Origin: Chrysomallon squamiferum
Taxonomy: Eukaryota; Animalia; Mollusca
Direction of reading: 5' to 3'
NCBI GenBank assembly: GCA_012295275.1
Contig: CM022672.1
Span: forward strand, 4,960,001-5,024,000
DNA: 64,000 nucleotides
The position numbers and the translations under genes were made by a program. Below are positions 10,401 to 21,921 of this stretch, one piece after another (position 1 is the stretch's first letter; each line of letters starts with the position of its first letter). Below the pieces are notes generated by a model. It was not told the DNA's origin and did no database searches. It saw only the letters and a list, made by a program, of their open reading frames with translations.

Positions 10401-13400
10401 TTTGTTTAGTTTGGAAAATACTGGAGTACCTTGACCTTTTGACCTTTGCTATGACCTTGAAACTGACCGTGTGGATCACGTGATCTTGAGATGACCTTTG
10501 TTGAAATTTAATCTCCCACATGTTAACTAAAACATATAAAAGTTTCCTGGGTGTAATATTTTTTGTTTAGCCACAATATAGATTTAAAAATGCACATACA
10601 TGAAAATAACACCTTTTCAGCCATTAACATCTGATTAACTAAAACCTGAATGATCAATTCTGGATGCTAGGAATCACCATCTCTCTTGATCATTAAGACA
10701 TTGTAGGCCTACATGTATGCATAAAGTTCACATATAAAGGTTTCCTGGGTATAATTTTTTTGTTTAGCCATAATAGAGATTTAAAAAATGCATACCTGCA
10801 TGGATGATTGATACAATGCATTACAATGTACATTATTTTCTGAGACTAAAACTCATCTTTGGAGTTAAAACCCATCTGACATGTCTGAAGGAATGCCTGA
10901 AGGATATGAAAAGATGCCAAATGGCATGACATGTTGTACACAATCAGGCTGAAAGGGTTAACAGGAAGTGATGCTTCAGGCAGGTCAGGAACTCCTTTAG
11001 ATTCCCTGGTGCAATCCCCATTGAACACATGGCAATTAGAAGTTTAAGACAAAGAAGTTTCTTCATCTGCATTTCTTTGACAATCTGAAGCTTTTTAAGT
11101 TGGACACAATGTCAGATGTTGATATATAAACAATATTTTTATTTCATAAAACCTATTAAGTAATTTTATCATGTCATGTGGGCCTTGCCATTGGTTTTGA
11201 ACAAGGTTTCAGTCAACAACAGTACAACCCAGTCTGAAATCAGGCGTCATCGAAAGTGATGTACTGCATAATGTATTTGTACACCCAGTCTTCGGCACAG
11301 AGTATGAACAAGGTCTACTTCACCTTAATAAACTGTGATTTATACTTGAGAAGATTGACATAAATGCCCAAGACTTGTGGGCCTTTGGCAATAACACATG
11401 TACTCTGCTGCCATTTTATGACCTGCTTAACTTTACTGAAAGGGTTTCAGGATTTGATTTAATATTTAGGAAAGCACTGACTTTGTTCTATTGAATTGAA
11501 GGTGCAGGCCAATACTGAAAATCCTTATTTCTTCCAGGGCTAACTGCAGCTTTAACTCTCCTGAAAATGTGTGTTATCAACACCATCATATCAAAAAGGA
11601 GTTGTTGAAGTGTATGGAAAACTGAGGAAGTTGAACTCCTCACTCTTTGAAGTGGGATCAAAACACGGGACATCAAGAGTATCACGAACAAGAACTTTTC
11701 ATCAAATTTTCAACATTGCAGAAAAACTGTTGTGATCCCCTTAATCGCCACCCTGAGCAAACGCACTAGATCTTTAAGAATTGTTAGCATGGGCACTTAC
11801 AAATGCTTAGTAAATCCTCCAAAGACACTAGTGCCAGGAGACAAGTTGTGCTGTGACTGTCTGATTACCCTTCAGAAATCAAAGGTCCTGCAGAGGATGG
11901 CTTTAGTATGGGTGGTATTACAATGGGAGAATTTGGTGATAACTTGCCAGACAAACCACTGGTTGTTGTTTCCCCAGAAAAGGACTTTGATTTGAATTCT
12001 ATTCTGTCGAGTTTAGGTGAAACTCCTGTCAAACTCCATTCACTAGCAAATTCCAGTAAATGAATGAAAGGACAGAAAAAAAACTAGCATCAGCTACAGT
12101 AACATTAAAATGACATCTTAATGTCTGAATCCTACCCAGAGTGTGTGCAAATCTTGATTTTTGTCACCCTTTACCATTGAAAGGACAATGAATTGAAGGA
12201 GGAAATAATCCAATTTTATGAAAGTGATGAGAACAGTAGAATGTGTCTGGGAATGAAGGATACAGTGAGCATTTGAAACAAACATAGTGAGAAGGTTAAG
12301 CATCAGAAACACCTAGTTCTCTCAAATTTATGTGAACTTATGCATGCATACATGTAGGCCTACAATGTCTTACTCAATGATCAAGAAAGATGGTGATCCC
12401 TAGCATCCAGAATTGATCATTCAGGTTTTAGTTAATCAGATGTTAATGGCTGAAAAGGTGTTATTTTCATGTATGTGCATTTTTTAAATCTATATTGTGG
12501 CTAAACAAAAAATATTACACCCAGGAAACTTTTATATGTTTTAGTTAACATGTGGGAGATTAAATTTCAACAAAGGTCATCTCAAGATCACGTGATCCAC
12601 ATGGTCAGTTTCAAGGTCATAGCAAAGGTCAAAAGGTCAAGGTACTCCAATATTTTCCAAACTAAACAAAAATGGCAGATTTGGTATCCTTGTCATTTTG
12701 CCTTTCTAACAATACCAATTTTATGAAGATTGGCCCAGTAGTTCCTGAGATGTGAGGGTTCTAAGGTTGGTGGTCACACCCATTTTTGGCAAAAATCTCA
12801 AAATTCGGTGGGCCGTATCTCCCATACCACTGGTCTGATTGAGCTAAAATTTCAGATTTGGTGCTGTGGGATCCCAGTCAACAAGTATACCAAGTTTTAT
12901 AAAAATCTGAGACGGTTGGGTTTAAATTTCTTTTTTTTTTGGGTGATTTGACACGGAATGACCCTTTCATTAAAAAATGTTAAAGAGAAACTTGTTATTT
13001 TTTCATTCTAGTTTCTCTTATAAAATTAACAATAGATAAATAAATAAAAGTAAAAAAAAAATAAAGAAAGAAATTGATAAATAAATAAATAAATAAATAT
13101 TTTCTAATGATTGCTGGTGAAACAGATTTAAAACTGATATATTCATGTGTATATAGATGTGTATGCTAAACTATAGCAAAAATTTGAACCATAAATTGTG
13201 TTGAAACTATTGTGACTGGTATAGCAGTTTCTAACAATACTCAATTTTTTTTATTTATCTTAAAATTAAATTAAAAAAAAAAAATTATATATCACTTAAC
13301 ATCACTTATATATATTTTTATATATCATTTCAGGTCACGTATATATATTTTTATATTTCACTCTAAATATTTTTAGAGAAAACTAGACCCCAAATTCTTG

Positions 13401-13941
13401 CAACACAGAATATTAATGTTTATCTTCAAATGTTTCTCTGTTCAAGTGTACAAATAGTGTTGTGATTGTATAAATGTATGTTTTTATTTTCATTATCTCT
13501 CATTAAGTGTACAGCAGAGGGGGTAGTGTTTGTATAAATACTACAGAAGTGTTTGTTTTTATTTTCAGGTGGGCTCCTAGTAATGTCATCCATCTAGCTG
13601 CAATAATGAGAGATGTTCCTCTCAGTGACGATGAGTTGAAATTTGTCATAAAGAAAGTACTTCGCAGTTTCAAAGACTTGGAGATGCAAGATTTGCCAGC
13701 CCTCATTTATCAGCTGTTGCTGTTGGCAAACAAGGTAAACAAGGTTTATTTATTGCCTTTTATTATTAACAATTCTTTAGATATACACATAAACACATTC
13801 AGCCATAAATACACCATAAATATATTCAATAAAAAGTTATTTTACAAGTTTATATTTAGATTATAATGAAAAATATTTATTACATTAAGAATACCGAATA
13901 ATTAGGCAAAAGTTATTTGTTAATTTCTTCTTTCTTTTTTT

Positions 13942-13978
<37 letters not shown>

Positions 13979-16900
13979 TTAATTTTTTTTTTTTTACCAT
14001 GTTATATAAATTTTAATTAATTTTTTCCCACAGGGTCACAAGCAGTTGGTGTTGGAAGGAATTGCCAAGTTTTTCATTGAACACGACAACAATTTCAGAC
14101 AGAAAATGAGCTCTGACAGGTTCACTTGCATCAAATTATTCATTTATTATTATTATTGTTGTTGTTGTTGTTGTTGTTTGTTTATTTTATTTTATTTTAT
14201 TTTATTGATTTATTTATTATTATTATTTTTTTTTTCTTGCTGTTACATGGGGAAAATGTCTAAAATTTTATATTTCTTTGGGATAATCTCAGTTTTCGGA
14301 ATTTAATAACAAAATTATTTTCAATACATTTTGTATAATGTACAATATGACAGTCTTGAATTCAGTGGTAGAATGTCAATAGGGCTATTTCCTTTCTAGT
14401 AAAGAAGCTTAAATAGGTTTATCATTGATTGTGATAAATAACTTGTTAAGAACTGCACAATAAACGAAAGCAAATGCACATTCAGCATTTAATTGTACAT
14501 AAAATAATAATAATAATAATAACAATAATAAAAGTTTAAAAAAATTAAATATTTATTCTTAAATTAAAAAAAAAAAGTTTTATTATTTCATTTTATTCTA
14601 ATTATCATAATAATCTAATACAGAAGATGATTTAATTATTTCTGTTACAGAAATTTTCCTTCAGAAATTATTCTACTTCTTAAAATAAAATTTTCTTTTA
14701 GTAAGTATAATAAATGTTTTGTGTCTTTTTTTATGATTATGATTATTATTATTTTTTTGTGTTTGTTTTTTCCAGTGAAGATCTGCTGAGTGAGGATTTG
14801 GGCGTGGAGTGTCTGAGACACACAGAGGGGACGGTTATACTTCACATTATGTTTGCTGTCAAACAGGATCAGAATCTTGGCAGGGAATTTGTCAAATATT
14901 TAAAAGTAACCTTTAGATATTTAAATTATTAAGAAAAGTGTAATTGGTAATTTGCATTATACTTTTAAATAATTCTATAACTAATTAGTTACATTTTACA
15001 AAATTTTAAAATTCATTTCATTTTAACCCAGTACTTCAGATTTTGATCATTGTATATGAGAATTTGTTATTTTATTATTATTATTATTATTTCTGATGTT
15101 AATTTCGATAGAGATATTAGTATATATAGTCTGCATTATATAGTTAAATTTCAATGAAATTAGATTTATAATTAATAAAAACAATATTTTATCCATCCTC
15201 TTTTTAGCTTAATTTATGTTCATTATTTAATACAGAAAGGAAGTTCATTCTTTTGCATAGCAATTCAATTTAAATGTTTTTAATTTTTAAATTTTTTGTT
15301 TAAGAGTGTCCAGCAGTGTAGTGTGAAAGGAGTGTTGGAGACTTTTAATTTGTCGCTAGCTCTGTCTATTGCCAGAATTCACAGATTTGAAGATCAGGTA
15401 TTTGTTGAAAATTATATTGGTATTTTCTGAATTTTACAATTATTTTTACTGTGTTCTTTTCTTGTATCTCTACATTTCATATCTCTGATGATGGTTACAT
15501 TATTTTGTAATTGAATTATAAACATTCCAATGTGTATATGTGTGTGTTTACACACACACAGTATAACTACACAAATACACAGTGAAATACTAAAATACAT
15601 TTTTTTTTTTGTTGTTCATTATTATTTTTAAACTAAAAAATTAAATTTGAATAAGATTTTAGTTAATTCAAATATCATATTATTTATTTACAAGATAACA
15701 TTTTTCACATTTCTTTTTTCCTTCTTTATTTATTTGTTTATATATATGTTATTTGTTTGTTTGTTGTTGTTTGTGGGTTTTTTGTCTCATTTTATTTATT
15801 TATATTTTGTTTACTTACAGATTTTTGATTTTCTGAAAATGACAATTCTGAAAGGTTTTAAAGATCTAGACAGACAGCAGCAGTCATTTTGTGTGAGAGA
15901 AGCTGTTCCAGAAACAGTGAACATCGAACAGCTCGTTTTAGAAACAGTGACAAGCAGGTCACTTTACTTCTTACCTTTTTTTTTAAATATATTTTTTTTT
16001 ATTTATTCAGAACATTATTTTATATTTTTATAATTTAATTTTTTAAATGATTTTTTTTTAAATATTTGTAATTTAATTTAATTTATTTTCTATAAATTGA
16101 TTTTTTATTTTGATATTTATCATTTTAGTTGTACATTATTTTTTTTTAATATATTTTTTAAAATTAATAAATTGGTTTGTTTGTGTAATTTAATATATTT
16201 TGTATTTTATATATAAAAGATATATATATAATTTTTTTAATAAATATGATTAATATTATTTTAATTAATTAATTTTTTACTTTTGTTTAGTTTAGAAATT
16301 CAAAACAGATTACTATAGATCATATAATTGTGATATTTTTAAAATAAAATTTATTGTATAGTCAAGTTAAAAGTGGTTTCAGTAATATTTTACAAAGAGT
16401 ACTAGGCAATATCATGATCACTGTATAATTAAAATTGGCATTAGATGCCTTAATAAAAATTTAAAATTTAGAACACAGTTTATGATTTTGTTTATTTCAG
16501 TGTGTTTGGCTGGGATCAGGTGATGCAGGGACTGGTACAGCTTGGTTTCTTGTTGATGGACAGCTTTGGACCTAAGGCCATTTTTGGAAGAGTGGAAACT
16601 CAGTCTGTTGTGGTAATTTCACCAAACAGTTCGGCCTGTAATCTTGGAGCAAAGATACTTATTAACACTTTTAAGGTATTGAAACCAAAAAATAAAACAG
16701 ACATTTACAACTCTAATATTGAGTTTTTCGAAAGCTTTTTATTATATTTGAAAAATACATCTACTTGTTTACAATGAACTGTTTGAGAACTGGGGATTCA
16801 TAATTAAAACAGGACTCAGAAGACACTACTGCATTTGTAATAGATAGAAATTTAATTTTACTAAACTCATTTATAACATATCTTAATTTTTTATTTTACT

Positions 16901-19900
16901 CCACTAATTCATTTATAACACATGGTAATTTTTAAATTTTACTACATTCCTTTATAGCCAGTTATTAATTTTATTATAATATTATTTAGGCTCATGAAGT
17001 TGTGCGACCTGAAATTCTGGATCAGATATTTAACAGGGTAATCACAAAGGCTACATCACCTGTCTCACATTACCTAGGTAAGTAAAACTTACTTTATAAA
17101 GTGAAGATAGGTAAAGAATATTTAAATTATTCCAAAAGAAAAGAAAACTGCACATGATAGAAACATAGATAGATAGATAATTACATATGTAAATCTGTAG
17201 GTATGGACATACATTCATACATACATACACAGTAAGTAAGTAAGTAAATAGATAAGTAGGTACGTAGGTAGGTAAGTAAGTAAATAAAAAAGAATTAGTT
17301 TCTGATACTTATAAAACAAAATTGAAAAACATTTTGCTACTGATATTTTAATAATCACATTTAAAAGAAATATTTTTTAAAACTTTTTTTTTTTGTTCTG
17401 TGAAAATGGTCTCTGATAATGTAACATAACATTTCATGTTTAGTATTTATTAAATTCAGGATCAAATAATATTTTCTGTTTTAAAAACCTGAATATATTG
17501 GCAAGCCGAATTTCTAAATTTTTGACATCTTTTTTGTGTGAGTGTGGAAACTTAGTAATTTTATTCATAAACGTGATTTTCAACTTACATATTCGAATCT
17601 TACGAGGCATTGTCAAACATGAACAGTGTAGAAGTTGTTGGTGTATTTCAGACTTGCTGGCAGATACTGTAAAATCTGCTCCTCAGATTCTGCTCGAGTC
17701 TGTCCCCAAGGTTCGAGAAGCTTTTGATTATCTCTCTTTTCTGCCATCCATGTCTGCCAGGGGCCTGATGAATGCGATTCAGCCTCTTCTCAAACTGAGC
17801 ATGTCTCTCAAAGACTCGCTGATTCTTGTGCTCAGAAAAGCCATGTTTTCAAGGTAGTTTTAAAATGTCTTACTCTTGTTTTAAAGGTTTCCATGGTAAC
17901 ATGAGCATGCAATTTTAATTTGGTTATTAATACTTTGAAACATGTTTACTTGGATACATCACAATGACATTTTTTATTTAAAAATTTTTTGATTATTTGA
18001 ATTCTTTTATTTTTAAAAATTCTTCTTTAATCCATTACTTTTATTTATTTTTTTTTTTTTTTTTAATGTGTTTTTTTTATGCCATTAGAATAATTTTATA
18101 TAATTATATCCTGTTGAAATTTGTTATTTATATTTATTGCTATTCTATTTTTCTTAGGCAATTAGATTCCCGAAAAATTGGTGTTCTTGGCTTTTTGATG
18201 ATTCTTAAAAATTTCAAGGTCATTGGTGGTTTGCCTTCAAGTCAGTCCAGTCAGCCATTTTCATTAAGTCAGGTACTACATTATGGTGCAGAAAAATAAA
18301 TAATTTAGACAATTTAAAAAAGATAAACATAAATGGATAAAATTTGATTATTGAAAATAGTAAAGAGAAAGAAAGGAAAATATGATTAATAACAGTTATA
18401 ATTAATTTGGTACACTGATTTTATATTTTCTTTTGAATATAGTGTCATGTACATTAATATATTTATTTGGATGAACTGAAAATTCAAATACTTCTGATAT
18501 TTTGTTAAATTATTTTAATTTTAATTTTTCAATTTTTCAATTTTTCAATTTTTCATTGTCATTTTCATGCCAGTAATTATCACCATTTTTTTAATGATAA
18601 TTTATATTTTATATATTTAGCTAGTCATCATTATTAATAAATCTTACAGTATTTATTATTAGTATTATTAGTAGTAGTAGTAGTAGTATTGTCACTATTA
18701 TTATTATTATTATTATTACTACTACTACTTCTCAGTACTCGTAATAATCTCCAGTCTTTCAGAAACATTCTCAAATTGAAATACTTTCAGATACAAGTTG
18801 ACGTACACAGAACATACAACCCTGCCAGTAATGAGGCACTGTGTCTGGAGATTGTGGGAAATCTCCGTAGATGTTGTTCACAGCAAGCCGATGTCAGACT
18901 GCTGCTTTACGAGGTAACAGCCGCAATTAATAAATACCGTACATAAAGATTTAGAAAAAAAAAAAAAAAAAACAAAAAAATTAATAAAAAAATATTTTAT
19001 TATTAGTTAAATATTTCAGTATCTAATTCACATATTTGCAGTAATCATATGTAGATTTTATTTCATTTTATCTTGCTTCTTTTGTTGATTATAGAGAATA
19101 TGACTTTTGTTGGGGTTTTTTCCTTATCTTTTATCATCATCGGTATTTATTTCAGAAATATTTTCTGCTATATCTCACACATAGTCATTGCAGAATTCTG
19201 TCAGAAATATTCTTTTGTAATTTGTGTTTGTCTGTTAGTTTGTCTTTTCATCCAGAGTTGTTGTTTCTTGGGTGACATGGCTTAGTAGCAGAGCACCCAC
19301 TTAAAGTACAGTGGGTTGTCAGATTGATCCCACTTGTCAAATCCATTGAGTTGTTTCTCGTTCTAGACAGTGCTCCACAATATGTCATGTCTGCTGGATT
19401 GTACATGTTCAGTTAAGGTACTTGATTTTATTTTCAGGGTCTGTATGAAGTTCTGGATCGTAACTCACAGTTACAGACACCTATCATTGATTTACTTCTT
19501 CATCAGGTAGCATAGTCAGTCCTGCAGTTTGTCAGATATTACAGATGGATGAATGGACAGATGCACGGATGAATTCACAAACAGAAATATCCACTGAATG
19601 CTTTACCATATTTAATATCTAGATAACGATATATTTATATTTTTTTTAAATTATTATTTTTTTTACTATTAAACTTTTAATCTCTTTTGTAGATGATACC
19701 TTAGGTGTGAATATATATTTATTATTTATCCTTTTATTATTATTATTATCTACTGTTTGTATATTTGGTTTCTTGTTTTCATTTTTTAAAGTTATGTTTT
19801 AAATTCATTTTCTTCAGAAAACACATTATAATAACTCTAAAAACTAAGTTTAGACATCTCAGGTCTTTTTTTTTTTTTTTTTTTTTTTTTTTTATTTCCC

Positions 19901-21356
19901 TTGAGATAAATATTTCACTGTTTTCTTTCTCTCAGATGAAGAAATATTTCGAGAGTGAAGATGATGTTATTCCACCCCTCAGGTTGGACAGGTGCATTCT
20001 TGCACAAGGAGATGAGGTTTTCCTTGCTGAGCCACTGGTCAGTGTTATCTTTTAATAACAGTCATGTCACAGTGACAAAATTTTCATTATTTTTACAAGT
20101 TTAAAACTATATTTTGTTTACGTTTAAAAAAAAAAAAATTTAAAAAAGTAGTAGAAGACAAAATTATTAAGGCAAGCATCAAAAACACCAGTGATGATTA
20201 TTATTAGAATTTTTACTTTAATTATATGTAATGCAGTTGTTACTAAAGTTATTAGTAGTAGTAGTAGTATGAGTAGTTGTAGTAGTAGTAGTAGTAGTAT
20301 GAGTAGTTGTAGTAGTAGTAGCAGGCGCCATAGTAGTATTAATAACAGTGGTAATAATTGTACCATTCATTTTTCACTGACATCAATTTATGGATTTTCA
20401 GAGACTTAATATATACTTAAAAAATAAAATTCACCAGGAAAACAAAAATTAAAAAGCAAGTTTTCTTGAAGCTGGGTAAATGGTCTGATACCTGTAGTAG
20501 TACTATAATATGTCACTCTTATTTTAACTCAAATATTTGTTATTTTACTGTTCAGGCTCACCTGTTGTCATGTTGTCAGTTGTGTGTACTGAAATCAAGA
20601 AAGATCCTGTCACAGAATGAACACAATGACAATGATGTTGATGATGAAAAAGAAGATGAAATAGTTGAAATTCTTTCAGAACTAGAAAAACTTCTTAAAT
20701 CTCTGTCAAGGAGAATGGCCACCTGTGACATGGAAGATTTTGAACTGGTCAGTTTGTAGATATCTTTTTTTTTTTAAAAATTCAAGTATGACGTTACAGT
20801 TCCCAAAGTGATGTCTTCTCTTGTAAATTGTTAGTTCGTTGGTATGATAATGATAATAGAAAATAAGCAAAACGATTCATCAATTTTGCCTAATTTTTGA
20901 CTTACTGCAGTGTGATTTTATTCCTCAAAAGAAGATTTGATTTGTCAAAATTTGTCTTTAATTTTCTTAATTCTTGTATTTGTATTTATCTTATACTTAT
21001 GTACACTACATGAAACAAGAGATTATCATAAGTTAGGTAACGTGGTAGTTTCTCCGTTTTCACTTCTTCATTTTGTAAAATTTCTTATTCTTCAAAATAC
21101 AGGTCTGGTTTCTACTTTAACATCTCTGTGTATTTTTCTGCATTTGTATTTCATTAACAAACAATCAGAAAAGAATAATTTGTGTTGTTTGATCTCTGTG
21201 CAGGACAAATCAGCAGACTTCTCACTGGCAAACAGCGTGGGTGTTAAAAACAACATCTACACCATCCTAGTTCTAGGTACATACGAAGTCCTCATGGAGT
21301 ACACTTTTGTTTCAGGGGAGTACAGGTAAAATAAGCTTAATACAGGTGACATAATT

Positions 21357-21389
<33 letters not shown>

Positions 21390-21390
21390 A

Positions 21391-21463
<73 letters not shown>

Positions 21464-21886
21464 TTTTGTTGCTGTTGCTATTGTCGTTAATATTATCCTT
21501 ATTATTATTATTATTTATTTTTATAATTACGTCTTATTATTTTTGACGATATGATTTAAAATATTTCCTTGATAATCCACGTTTGTTTGAACATTATTAA
21601 TTTTAAAATACAGTATAGTGCTAATGCAATTTGATACTGTCCTTTAAGAAATATGAATAAAGATATAATGTATTATTTTCCAGATTTTACCTGGATTATA
21701 TTACTTTTTTTTTTCATGTGAAAATATATATTATTATATTTAAAAAAAAAAAAAAAATTAAAAATCTATATTTAATTATTTAATTTCATAATTTTATTTA
21801 TTTATTTTTTTTTTCAAATTCTTGTATTAGCCAATTTTTGTAAAAATATTTTTTGATTGTGTGAGCATCTAATTACTTAATTGTGG

Positions 21887-21921
<35 letters not shown>

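Noticed and set aside
11732-11995. 87-aa ORF as an intact nested gene
   Set aside because: It is one frame segment of the frameshifted transposase relic, with a GTG start and motifs continuing in other frames.
10111-12968. 5-bp TSD (CTTTC), LTR element, or assembly fold-back artefact
   Set aside because: The repeats are inverted, not direct. A 5-bp TSD would make the ends asymmetric (GGG vs CC). Substitutions between the arms, the TSD and the transposase relic argue for a real TIR element.
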